From Eubacteriales bacterium (GTDB lineage: Bacteria; Bacillota; Clostridia; Oscillospirales; CAG-272): DNA of 64,000 nt. Under the pieces are notes generated by a model. The model saw only the letters and a program-made list of their open reading frames with translations, was not told where the DNA came from and ran no database searches. A program made the position numbers and the translations under genes. The stretch spans positions 666 to 64,665 of the forward strand of contig JAZUKN010000041.1 of NCBI GenBank assembly GCA_045643285.1, in the 5' to 3' direction. Of the stretch, positions 31,021 to 40,382 are shown piece after piece; position 1 is the stretch's first letter, and every line of letters starts with the position of its first letter.

Positions 31021-31434
31021 TTATTCTTTTCCGTAGTGGCACGGGGAACGGTAGAATTTTCCGAGATCGACCGACCAGCGTCCGCCGTCGTTTCTGCGGA
31101 AGCTGAAAGAGCGTATGAGTTCTTCGTCAGCCGCGCCGTCGTCGAACTCTATCTGCGGCACTTCCGCTTTGTTCACCCAGCTCATGACCGCGCGAACGAG
31201 CACCGTCACAGCCTCGTCTTTTTCGTTTCCCTCGCGGATGCCGAGCGTTTTTATCACGGCTTTTTCGGAGGACAGCGCAAATTCGAGAACAGCTATCGGG
31301 TATTTCACCGTCGTCAGGTCGTCCTCCATTTCGGCGGCATAATAAGCGAACGTGCCGTCGGCGTGCGTCGCTCCGAGCGTTTCGCACAGCTCTTTCTGCA
31401 GCTCCGGTGAACGCACCGGCATTACTTCAAACAT
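31021..31434 (-). CDS. Hypothetical protein (possibly GNAT-like fold)
   Basis: ATG 31434 after AAGGA; last gene of the scp/rluB run. Confidence 0.6.
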   Translation of the reverse strand: MFEVMPVRSPELQKELCETLGATHADGTFAYYAAEMEDDLTTVKYPIAVLEFALSSEKAVIKTLGIREGNEKDEAVTVLVRAVMSWVNKAEVPQIEFDDGAADEELIRSFSFRRNDGGRWSVDLGKFYRSPCHYGKE

Positions 31435-31436
31435 AC

Positions 31437-32168
31437 TTATATTCCTTTCAGATATTCGATCTCGTCGTCCGTCAGCGCGCGCCATTTGCCCATCGGAAGC
31501 AAGCCGAGTCGTATCTCTCCTATCTCAAACCGCGTCAGCCGCGCTATTTTCAGCCCGTGATGCTCGCAGATACGCCGTATCTCGCGGTTTCGCCCCTCGT
31601 GGAGCGTGAAGATCAGAACTGTTGCGTCCGCCTCTCCGCATTTAGTAAATCCGTCGATCTCCACTTCAAACGGGCGGAGCATATATCCGTCAAGTTCGAA
31701 TGGCTCGCGCAGTTTTTCAAGCATTTCTTCAGTAACGTGCGCGGTGACTGTCGCGCGGTACTTTTTCGGGATGTTGTGAGACGGGTGAGTCAGTCGATTT
31801 GCAAGCTCACCGTCGTCGGTCAGAAGAAGAAGACCGTCCGAATACATATCGAGCCGCCCGACGGGATAGACGCGCCCTTTTACGTCTCCGACGAGATCGG
31901 CGACCGTCCGTCTCCCCTGTTCGTCCGACATTGTTGTGACGTATCCGACAGGCTTGTTCAGTGCGATATATGTACGCCCGGCTGTCCCGCGCGGACGGAT
32001 GACTTTGCCGCCGTACTCGACTGTATCGCAGTCGGGATCGACTCTGTCACCGAGAGACGCCACAAGCCCGTTTACCTTGACCTTGCCTGCCGCTATCTCT
32101 TTTTCCGCCGCACGACGGGACATCACGCCCGCGTCCCCGAAAAATTTCTGTAATTTAATCTTTTCCAT
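31437..32168 (-). CDS. rluB: RluB-family pseudouridine synthase
   Basis: S4 domain (KLQKF..SRRAAE), NKPVG, GRLD catalytic motif and EGRNREIRR. Confidence 0.88.
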   Translation of the reverse strand: MEKIKLQKFFGDAGVMSRRAAEKEIAAGKVKVNGLVASLGDRVDPDCDTVEYGGKVIRPRGTAGRTYIALNKPVGYVTTMSDEQGRRTVADLVGDVKGRVYPVGRLDMYSDGLLLLTDDGELANRLTHPSHNIPKKYRATVTAHVTEEMLEKLREPFELDGYMLRPFEVEIDGFTKCGEADATVLIFTLHEGRNREIRRICEHHGLKIARLTRFEIGEIRLGLLPMGKWRALTDDEIEYLKGI

Positions 32169-33285
32169 TGTGTTCCTGCCGGAAAAGTCCGGCAATTTTT
32201 TCAAATAGACTTTTCTTTCGCGGTCTTTCCGTCGTCTCGCAAGAAACGAGCGGAACGGACGCGATCTCTTTTCCGTTTGCCGAGAAAACGACTCTGCCGA
32301 CTTCGTCCCCTGCACATACTTCTGTGAGAATGATATGCGGCGCTTCGACGGTCGCTTCGACCTTTGTGCCGGTTTTCATCGTCTTCGTGAGCGGAGCGGC
32401 GTTCTTTACGGTCAAAAATCCGTCATCCGAATACACGGCAGGTATCTCTATAGAATACTGCCCGTCCTCGGCAAGTGTGAACGACTCGTAAGCCGACAGC
32501 CCTTCGTTTAACAATGCGAGATGATCGTTCCAGTCGTCGGGCGCGTTCAGCGTAACGGCAACGACTCTCACGCCGTCCCTTTCCGCCGCCGAGACAAGAC
32601 AACGCCCGCTTTTTTTCGTGAAGCCGGTCTTTATGCCGATCACTTCATCCGACATACGGAGCAGTCGGTTGTGGTTGACGAGTACCCTCGTTCCCTCGCC
32701 GTTTTTGAGCGGGATTTTGTATTTATAAGTCGACACGATCTCAGAGAACTTCGGGTTTCGGAGCGCATACGCCGCGATCTTCGCAAGCTCTTTTGCGGTG
32801 GTGTAGTGCGCTTCGTCGTAAAGCCCGTGGGGATTAGTGAAATGCGTATCCTTCAGACCGAGCGACGCCGCTTTTTCGTTCATCATATCGGCGAACGCTT
32901 CTACCGAGCTTGCTGTTTCAATGGCGATAGCCGTAGCCGCGTCGTTTGCGCTTTCAAGGAGCATCGCGTAAAGCAATTCCCCGACAGTCAGCCGCTCGCC
33001 TGCCGTAAGATACACGCTGGAGCCTTCTACTCCGCACGCCTCAGCCGGAACGGTGACGGTTTTCTCGCAGTCGCAGTGCTCAAGCGCGACTACAGCCGTC
33101 ATTATCTTCGTCGTGCTTGCCATGGGAAGACGCACGTCGGCGTTTTTTTCATATATCACGTCTCCGCTCTCCGCTTCGATAAGGACTGCCGAATACGCCG
33201 ACACATCAGCGGCCTTTACGGCTGATATGAGCGGAAGAACCGTCAGTACGGCGAGCAGAAGCGCGATCATTCTGTTTTTCTTCAT
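32155..33285 (-). CDS. dacB: D-alanyl-D-alanine carboxypeptidase (S11)
   Basis: Signal peptide; STTK, SAN and KTG motifs; next to ytfJ and rluB. Confidence 0.85.
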   Translation of the reverse strand: MKKNRMIALLLAVLTVLPLISAVKAADVSAYSAVLIEAESGDVIYEKNADVRLPMASTTKIMTAVVALEHCDCEKTVTVPAEACGVEGSSVYLTAGERLTVGELLYAMLLESANDAATAIAIETASSVEAFADMMNEKAASLGLKDTHFTNPHGLYDEAHYTTAKELAKIAAYALRNPKFSEIVSTYKYKIPLKNGEGTRVLVNHNRLLRMSDEVIGIKTGFTKKSGRCLVSAAERDGVRVVAVTLNAPDDWNDHLALLNEGLSAYESFTLAEDGQYSIEIPAVYSDDGFLTVKNAAPLTKTMKTGTKVEATVEAPHIILTEVCAGDEVGRVVFSANGKEIASVPLVSCETTERPRKKSLFEKIAGLFRQEHNGKD

Positions 33286-33370
33286 CTTTTTTCTCCCGTT
33301 GTTTTTTCTCACACTTTAATATGTGTCGCACGGAAGAAAATAAACGAAGAAAATTCAGACAGATTTTCGC

Positions 33371-33805
33371 TTAAAAATCGACTTTGGATTCCGACGGTTT
33401 GTCTTTTGCGAACGTGCCTTTGATCTTTTCGATAAGCTCGGGAGAACGTTCGATGAATCCGACGACCTGAGAAACGGTGTCAGCCGATGTTCCCGTAGAG
33501 GACGAATTGACGTTCAGAACGTTGACGTTGCCGTCAGACGAGATGACGAGCAGTGCAACAGGTGTTACGGAAACGCCGGTACCGCCGCCACCGCCGAATG
33601 TGTTCGGTTTGGCGTCCGCATTCTTGTGCGGATAATCGAGTCCGCCGGACGCATAACCGACAGAAATCTTCGAGATCGGAATGATAGTCACGCCCTGCGC
33701 CGTTGTGATCGGTGTACCTATCACTGTATTTGCGTCAAGGATAGAGCGGACGGAATCAAGTGTGGACTTCGCAAAATCGCCGAGTTTGTTTGTGTTTTCA
33801 GCCAT
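33371..33805 (-). CDS. ytfJ: Sporulation/germination protein YtfJ (GerW family)
   Basis: DANTVIGTPI, IIPISKISVGYASGG and FGGGGGTGVSVTP motifs. Confidence 0.9.
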   Translation of the reverse strand: MAENTNKLGDFAKSTLDSVRSILDANTVIGTPITTAQGVTIIPISKISVGYASGGLDYPHKNADAKPNTFGGGGGTGVSVTPVALLVISSDGNVNVLNVNSSSTGTSADTVSQVVGFIERSPELIEKIKGTFAKDKPSESKVDF

Positions 33806-33831
33806 AACGAACCTCCATGTATGATATGTTT

Positions 33832-34545
33832 TTATTTTCGTACTTGTTTTGCGGCTTCTCCGAGCTTTTTGCGGATGAACCACGCAAGTGTGTGACATCC
33901 TACGCGCAGGACGGAGAAGAGCGTTATTTTCAGGGAAATATCGAGACGCGCGTCCGTTTTTTCTCCGAGAAAATCGGGGGAGACGGAAACGGCGCCGCTT
34001 TTTATTTTTTTAAGCTGCGTTCTTTTGTCGAGCAGTTCGATGAGCAGAGACAGCGCCGCCGAGATACCGCCGTAAAGCTCGGCTGTTTTTGCGGCGTCAC
34101 CTGTGCCGACCGTGATGTGCGCGGCTTTTATCTCCGTCCGGATATACGACGCGAGCCGCGGAAATTCGCCGAGAACGTATTTTACAAAGTCGAAGACTGA
34201 CGTGACTTTCTCGCCGAGCGATTTTTTTGCCTTGCCTGCTGTCTCTTCCGCTTTGTCTTTGATCTTATCGGATTTAGACTTCTTTTTTGCCTTTTTCGCG
34301 GCTTTCTTTTCGGCTTTCAGCCGTTCTTTTTCGAGCCGCTTTTTGTGCTTCTCATACGAAAAGGCGGACAGGCGCGGTTTTTTTCTCTTTTTTTCTTTTT
34401 TAGGAAGCGAAAATACCTTTATTCCGCCGACTGTGACCGCGAGCGAAAAATCACTGCCGTCGAGCTTTACGCGGAGTTTTATTCTCAGCGAGAGGATGAG
34501 CGCAAAAACGAGCAAAATCGCCGCTATGACGATAAGCGCAGTCAT
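33832..34545 (-). CDS. DUF2953 (YtfI-like) membrane-anchored protein
   Basis: N-terminal TM segment, Lys-rich linker, GTGDAAKTAELYG and PDF motifs; upstream of ytfJ. Confidence 0.75.
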   Translation of the reverse strand: MTALIVIAAILLVFALILSLRIKLRVKLDGSDFSLAVTVGGIKVFSLPKKEKKRKKPRLSAFSYEKHKKRLEKERLKAEKKAAKKAKKKSKSDKIKDKAEETAGKAKKSLGEKVTSVFDFVKYVLGEFPRLASYIRTEIKAAHITVGTGDAAKTAELYGGISAALSLLIELLDKRTQLKKIKSGAVSVSPDFLGEKTDARLDISLKITLFSVLRVGCHTLAWFIRKKLGEAAKQVRK

Positions 34546-34575
34546 TCCCTCTCACTTCCTTTTCGGTATGTTTTT

Positions 34576-35250
34576 TCAGTCGCTATTCTCTTCGGTCGGG
34601 ATGTTCTCCGGATGCTCTTCGCCGTCTATCGAAAGCTGCTCAAATTCCGACTCTCCCGGGTGAAGCTCGACCGTTTCGCCGCTGTCCGTTCTCAGTGTGA
34701 CCGACGGCAGTTCGTCGAGCGCGGATATGCCGAACACGCGGAGAAAATCGTTCGTCGTGCGGTACAGCGACGGTCTGCCGGGTGCGTCAAGCCGTCCGCA
34801 CTGCTCGATGAGATTCTTCTCGGACAGCGAGGACATGGCGTAGCTTGAATCGACTCCGCGAACGGTGTCGACAAACGCACGCGTCGTCGGCTGGTTGTAC
34901 GCAATGATCGCAAGCACTTCGAGAAGCGACTGCGAAAGCGTGCCGCTGCGACGGATGCCGAGAGCTTCTTTTATCTCCGCGCCGTAGCACTCCTTTGTGC
35001 AGAGCTGGCACGAATCGGGGAAGCGCACGAGTATCACTCCGCGCGGAAATGCGTCATCGCTGTTATATATCGCCGCGAGCTTTTCGACGGTGTCCTCCGT
35101 CTCCGCGAGAGAAAGACCGAGCACGTCGCCGAGCCGCGAGTACGTCAGCGGATGACCGGCGGCGAAAAGGCACGCTTCGATTATCGCAAAGCGTTCTTCG
35201 AGCGAATACTGTTTTTCGTTCTGTACGTTGTTTTCAGAATTGTTGTCCAT
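34576..35250 (-). CDS. scpB: Segregation and condensation protein B
   Basis: IEACLFAAG, LEVLAIIAYNQP and GRLDAPGRPSLYRTT motifs. Confidence 0.95.
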   Translation of the reverse strand: MDNNSENNVQNEKQYSLEERFAIIEACLFAAGHPLTYSRLGDVLGLSLAETEDTVEKLAAIYNSDDAFPRGVILVRFPDSCQLCTKECYGAEIKEALGIRRSGTLSQSLLEVLAIIAYNQPTTRAFVDTVRGVDSSYAMSSLSEKNLIEQCGRLDAPGRPSLYRTTNDFLRVFGISALDELPSVTLRTDSGETVELHPGESEFEQLSIDGEEHPENIPTEENSD

Positions 35251-35281
35251 TTATCCGTTTTCCATTCGTTTTTTCTTCTTT

Positions 35282-36064
35282 TTATGTATACGAAGTCTCA
35301 AGCTGTGCGGCTTTTATCTCGTCGTCAGTCGCTATAAGCGAAAGCCGCAGGTGCGAAAGCATATCGGTGACGCCGCTCTCGCTTGCTTCATCGGTTTCTT
35401 CGAGGGAAATTATATGGGATTTGAGCAGTTCAAGTATGCCGATGAATTTTGCGATCAGTTCACCTCTGCCGGACGAGCCTGCGAAGAATGCATCGAGATA
35501 CACGGGTGCGGCTCGAAGAGAATCAATGAGCTTTACGATAACTTCTTCGACAGGCACGCGCGGCGCATTCACGATATTCGAGAACGTCTCACGCGCGGCT
35601 TTTTCTGTTATCTTCGTCTCCGAGAAGACGTGGGCGAGCGCCGCCTGCAACAGCTCTACCGAGTGATCGGCGACGTACGTTTTGTCTTTCGTTATCTCGT
35701 CCGTCTCCTTTATCATCCGCGTGCCGAAGACTGCGAACATATCGGACAGCGACGACGCGGCGAGCTTTGCTTTCTGATATTCAAGGATCGCGTCGACGAG
35801 CGGCTTGCGTGGGTCTTCGTCTTTTTCTTCGTCGCGCGGCAGGAGCATACGGCTTTTGATGAGCATAAGCTCGCTTGCCATATAGAGAAATTCACACGCG
35901 AGGTCGATGTTGTTCTCCCGCGCCTCGTTGATATACGCCATATACTGCTCGCAAAGGAGGTCTATGCGTATATCTTCGATCTTCATTTTGTTCTTCTCAA
36001 CGAGAGACAGCAGGAGGTCGAGCGGACCTTCAAATAGTTCGATTTTGTAATTTATCGTTTCCAT
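35282..36064 (-). CDS. scpA: Segregation and condensation protein A
   Basis: FEGPLDLLL, IKSRMLLP and FIGILEL motifs. Confidence 0.95.
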   Translation of the reverse strand: METINYKIELFEGPLDLLLSLVEKNKMKIEDIRIDLLCEQYMAYINEARENNIDLACEFLYMASELMLIKSRMLLPRDEEKDEDPRKPLVDAILEYQKAKLAASSLSDMFAVFGTRMIKETDEITKDKTYVADHSVELLQAALAHVFSETKITEKAARETFSNIVNAPRVPVEEVIVKLIDSLRAAPVYLDAFFAGSSGRGELIAKFIGILELLKSHIISLEETDEASESGVTDMLSHLRLSLIATDDEIKAAQLETSYT

Positions 36065-36091
36065 AGTCCGCCTCCTTTCGTCAGTTTTTGT

Positions 36092-36778
36092 TTATGCGAT
36101 GCCGAACACCGCGCCCGCGAGCCTGAACATCAGACTTGACAGTCCGCTAACAGCCCAGGACAGCGGAAGTGTGATTATTCCCGTCCACAGAAGCACGAGA
36201 AAACCTATCATTATATATCTTTCGTATTTCATTATCCCGAAATACCATTTCGGCGGCAGGAAAATGAACAGAATCCTCGATCCGTCGAGCGGCGGAAGCG
36301 GAATGAGGTTGAATATCGCCAGCGCGAGATTGAGCCGGTGGAACGTGTAAAAGAGCCTGAATGCCATTATCAACACGTTCGAGGCAGCGTTGCTCTGAGG
36401 GAGGGTCGTTCCGGCGAGCCACACGACAAACTCCGTCACGAACGCGGCGACGAACGCCAGAAGCAGGTTCATGATCGGTCCTGCGGCGGCACTTATCGCC
36501 ATACCCTTGCGCGGATTCTTGAAGTACCGCGTGTTTATCGGAACGGGTTTTGCCCATCCGAAGCCAAACAGCACCATACAGATCGTTCCTATCGGATCGA
36601 GGTGCTTCAAAGGATTTAGCGTGAGCCGTCCGAAATTTCGTGCAGTCGGGTCGCCGAGCCGCATTGCAACATATCCGTGAGCAAACTCGTGAAACGTCAG
36701 CGCAACGAGCACGCACGGGATAGTGATGAGAAGCTCTATGATCCCTTCTCGTGTGAATAATGATTGCAGGATTCCCAC
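36092..36778 (-). CDS. Site-2 protease (M50 family)
   Basis: HEFAH and FNLIPLPPLDG motifs. Confidence 0.92.
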   Translation of the reverse strand: MGILQSLFTREGIIELLITIPCVLVALTFHEFAHGYVAMRLGDPTARNFGRLTLNPLKHLDPIGTICMVLFGFGWAKPVPINTRYFKNPRKGMAISAAAGPIMNLLLAFVAAFVTEFVVWLAGTTLPQSNAASNVLIMAFRLFYTFHRLNLALAIFNLIPLPPLDGSRILFIFLPPKWYFGIMKYERYIMIGFLVLLWTGIITLPLSWAVSGLSSLMFRLAGAVFGIA

Positions 36779-36804
36779 TGTTCTTCCTCCTTTTCGTCAG
36801 CCTG

Positions 36805-37404
36805 TCATATACCGCACGACGATAAGATGTGCTTCCACACCTCGTCCCGTCCGGCGTTCGTTTTCGATGAATACAGCACGAGCGGCACGTCCTTTGTGAG
36901 CGGCTCGGCGGCTATATCTTCGAGAAATTTCTTTTTTTCGGTTGCGTTCAGCTTGTCTGTCTTCGTTGCAACGATAATGTGCGGCAAACCGCATTCGCTC
37001 ATGTACGCGAGCATATCGAGGTCGTCGTTCGTCGGTCCTGTTCGGCTGTCGACGAGCTGGCAGACGAGCTTCAAAGAATCAATATTCGGGTTTTTCGTGA
37101 AATAACCGTCAGTCAGGGAAGACCAGCTTTGCTTGCTGTCAAACGAGCGTTTCGCATAACCGTAGCCCGGCAGGTCGACGAGATAGAGCCGCCTGTCGAT
37201 GTCGAAAAAGTTTATGACTATCGTTTTTCCGGGAGTGCCGCTGACTCTGGCAAGTCCGTTTCTGTTCACGAGAGAATTGATAAGCGAGCTTTTCCCGACG
37301 TTCGAGCGTCCGGAAAACGCCACCTGCGGTATTCTGTCGGACGGGAACTGACGCGGCTGTCCTGCGGATATTTTCAGTGAAACGTTGTTTGTGTTGAGCT
37401 TCAT
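36805..37404 (-). CDS. engB: Ribosome biogenesis GTPase YihA/YsxC
   Basis: GRSNVGKS, DLPGYG and TKTDK motifs; downstream of lon. Confidence 0.95.
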   Translation of the reverse strand: MKLNTNNVSLKISAGQPRQFPSDRIPQVAFSGRSNVGKSSLINSLVNRNGLARVSGTPGKTIVINFFDIDRRLYLVDLPGYGYAKRSFDSKQSWSSLTDGYFTKNPNIDSLKLVCQLVDSRTGPTNDDLDMLAYMSECGLPHIIVATKTDKLNATEKKKFLEDIAAEPLTKDVPLVLYSSKTNAGRDEVWKHILSSCGI

Positions 37405-37444
37405 TTTACGAATATGCCTTTCTGATAATCGGGTTGTTAAGCCG

Positions 37445-39898
37445 TCAATCCTTCGGGGATGTAGTGTACGGGCGTTTGTTCTTCGGTGTGCGGACGTTGC
37501 GGCGTGTCTTCGGCATCTCTTCCGTATCTCCTATCGGTTCGGGGAAGACCGGCTCGCTTTCCGTCTTCACGGGACGGATGAGCGCGCGGGACAGGACATC
37601 GTCGAGCGTGTCGCACGGGATGAACGTCACGTTTTCCCGCACTTCGCCGTCAAGCTCCGGTATGTCTCTCATATTGTCGTGCGGGATGAGGATCGTGCGG
37701 ATACCGAGCGAATAAGCGGCTGTGGATTTTTCTCTAAGTCCGCCTATGGCTATCACTCTGCCGGTCAGCGTTATCTCGCCCGTCATCGCAATATCGCGGC
37801 GTACGGGATAGCCCGACAGCGCGGACACAAGTGAGGTCGTCATCGTGACGCCTGCGCTCGGGCCGTCCTTCGGAGTTGCGCCTTCGGGAACGTGGATGTG
37901 AATATCCTTTGTCTTATAAAAATCGGATGCGATGCCGTATTCATCGGCGTGCGCTCTTGTGTAAGATACTGCAATTCTCGCCGATTCCTTCATAACGTCG
38001 CCGAGAGTGCCGGTCAGCTCTATCTTGCCCGTACCGTCGAGCGGCAGAACTTCGACTTTCAAAACGTCTCCACCGACTTCGGTGTAAGCAAGTCCGTTCG
38101 TCACGCCGACGAGATTGGTTTTCTCAAGCGTGGAATCTATGATCTTTCTCGGACCGAGATATTTTTCTATGTTGGTTTTGTCAACCGTAACGCATTTTAC
38201 GCCGCTTTCGATGATTTCCTTTGCGCCCTTGCGGCAGAGGGATGCGATCTCTCTTTCAAGATTACGCACGCCGGACTCGCGTGTAAATCCTGCGATGATC
38301 TCGTTCACCGCGTCGTCGGTGATCTTCAGCGAACGCTTTGTGAGTCCGTGCCGCTTCATCTGCTTCGGGATGAGGTGATTTTTTGCGATAGACAGCTTTT
38401 CCGACGGCGTGTAAGTGTTCAGCTCGATGACTTCCATACGGTCGAGCAGGGGACGCGGGATAGTGTCTGTCGTGTTTGCCGTTGCGATGAACAGGCACTC
38501 CGACAGATCGACGGGAAGCTCGACGAAGTGGTCACGGAACGCCTTGTTCTGCTCGCCGTCGAGGACTTCGAGAAGCGCCGACGCCGGATCGCCGTGGAGG
38601 TCTGAGCATAGCTTGTCAACTTCGTCAAGAAGCATCACGGGATTGACCGATCCGCATTCCGTAAGTGCGGCGATTATTCTGCCGGGCATAGAGCCGATGT
38701 ACGTTTTTCTGTGGCCGCGGATATCGCTCTCATCTCTGATGCCGCCGAGCGAAACGCGGACGTATTTACGCTTCATCGCACGGGCAACAGACGCGCCGAG
38801 AGAGGTTTTGCCGACTCCGGGAGGTCCGACGAGGCAGATTATTTGGCTTTTTATATCGGGGTTGAGCTGTTTTACGGCGAGATATTCGAGAATTCTTTCC
38901 TTGACCTTCGTGAGTCCGTCGTGGTCGTCGTCGAGTATCTTGCGCGCGGCTTTTATGTCAACTCTGTCTTTCGTGCGCTTGTTCCACGGAATGTCAAGCA
39001 CCGTTTCGATGTATCCGCGGATGACTGCGGCTTCGGGAGAACCTTGCGGAGTTCTGTCGAACTTCATAAGCTCTTTTTCGAGCCGTTCTTTTACTTCCTC
39101 CGGAAGATCGGCTTTCGCCATTTTTTTCCTGAGTTCTTCGGTTTCTTCGTCGATGCCGAGTTCGTCTTCGATCGCTTTGAGCTGTTCGCGGAGGTAATAG
39201 TCGCGCTGATTGTCGTCCATCGCTTTTTTGACCTTGCGCTGGATGTCAAGCTCGGTCCTGAGCAAGCGCATCTCGCTTGCCATAAGGGTTATGGTCTTTT
39301 CTGCGCGGAACAGGGGATCGTAGATACCGAGGACTGTCGCTTTGTCTTCAAATCTTACGAAAAGGCTTGACGCGATGAGGTCGGAGAGCAGTCCGGGGTT
39401 ATGTATCGAGCCGGCTGTGCGGAGAAAATCGTCGGAGAACGACGGCAGATAACGGAGCATTTCGTCAAGGGACGAAAGAAGCTCATTCGTCAGTGCCTCG
39501 GCGCGGAGATCATTCGCGGACGAATCGGCGGTGACGGTCTTCGACATTACTTCCGCATAGAAGCAACCGCCCTCACGTCTCATTTCGATGACGGTGCCGC
39601 GGCAGTAGCCCTCTGCGACGACACGGATGTTGCCACCGTCGGACTTGCGGAGCGTTTGTTTTATTTTTGCGACGCATCCGACGGAATACATATCGCTCTC
39701 TGTCGGGTCGTCAATGTTTGAGTCTTTCTGTGTGAGCAGGAACACTGCCATATCTCCGTCCGTTGCGGCTTTGAGTGCATTTTTCGATATTTCTCTTTCA
39801 AGCTCGAAGTTGAGCGGTATCGACGGGAACGCCACAATTCCGCGGAGCGGTATGACGGGCAGGGTAAGCAGTTCTGCTTTTTCGGTGTATCTTGGCAT
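37445..39898 (-). CDS. lon: Lon protease
   Basis: GPPGVGKTS, LLDEVDK, PKDGPSAG and IGGLREK motifs. Confidence 0.97.
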   Translation of the reverse strand: MPRYTEKAELLTLPVIPLRGIVAFPSIPLNFELEREISKNALKAATDGDMAVFLLTQKDSNIDDPTESDMYSVGCVAKIKQTLRKSDGGNIRVVAEGYCRGTVIEMRREGGCFYAEVMSKTVTADSSANDLRAEALTNELLSSLDEMLRYLPSFSDDFLRTAGSIHNPGLLSDLIASSLFVRFEDKATVLGIYDPLFRAEKTITLMASEMRLLRTELDIQRKVKKAMDDNQRDYYLREQLKAIEDELGIDEETEELRKKMAKADLPEEVKERLEKELMKFDRTPQGSPEAAVIRGYIETVLDIPWNKRTKDRVDIKAARKILDDDHDGLTKVKERILEYLAVKQLNPDIKSQIICLVGPPGVGKTSLGASVARAMKRKYVRVSLGGIRDESDIRGHRKTYIGSMPGRIIAALTECGSVNPVMLLDEVDKLCSDLHGDPASALLEVLDGEQNKAFRDHFVELPVDLSECLFIATANTTDTIPRPLLDRMEVIELNTYTPSEKLSIAKNHLIPKQMKRHGLTKRSLKITDDAVNEIIAGFTRESGVRNLEREIASLCRKGAKEIIESGVKCVTVDKTNIEKYLGPRKIIDSTLEKTNLVGVTNGLAYTEVGGDVLKVEVLPLDGTGKIELTGTLGDVMKESARIAVSYTRAHADEYGIASDFYKTKDIHIHVPEGATPKDGPSAGVTMTTSLVSALSGYPVRRDIAMTGEITLTGRVIAIGGLREKSTAAYSLGIRTILIPHDNMRDIPELDGEVRENVTFIPCDTLDDVLSRALIRPVKTESEPVFPEPIGDTEEMPKTRRNVRTPKNKRPYTTSPKD

Positions 39899-40083
39899 TT
39901 ATTTTATCCTTTCATTTGCGAAGGCATACTTTTTCATTATAGATAGAATATATTATACCATATCCGCCGCGATATTTCCATAGTAAGAATTAAATAATTG
40001 TAACTTTTTCTGCACGGGGATGCAAATTTTGTTACGAGAAGCACCATGGATATGCGCCGCGCCAAAACACATTCTTTAATACT

Positions 40084-40282
40084 GTAGGGCAGGGGCTTGC
40101 TCCCGCCGCCGGATTTGCACGGACTCCAGCTTTTATCCGTAGGGGAGACCATCGTGTCAAGAGAAACCCCTCCCCTACTGATAAAGAATGATGTATCGTG
40201 CGAAACCGTAGAATTTGTGCAAATCCGCGGTACGCTCGGTTTCGACACAGTCGAATACCGGTTGTCCGTCCCGCGCGTAGCG
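40084..40282. repeat. GTAG-type REP-like cluster
   Basis: GTAGGGCAGGGGCTTGCTCC; CCGTAGGGGAGACCATCG identical to 2412-2429; segments shared with 22040-22232. Confidence 0.7.
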
Positions 40283-40382
40283 AAAAAACCAATCCCAAAC
40301 GTCAGGTTTGGATGAATGTGCGCCTACGCAGGGCAGAAAAACGCCGTACCTTTTCGGGTACGACGTTTTGTGTTCTGGTTTC

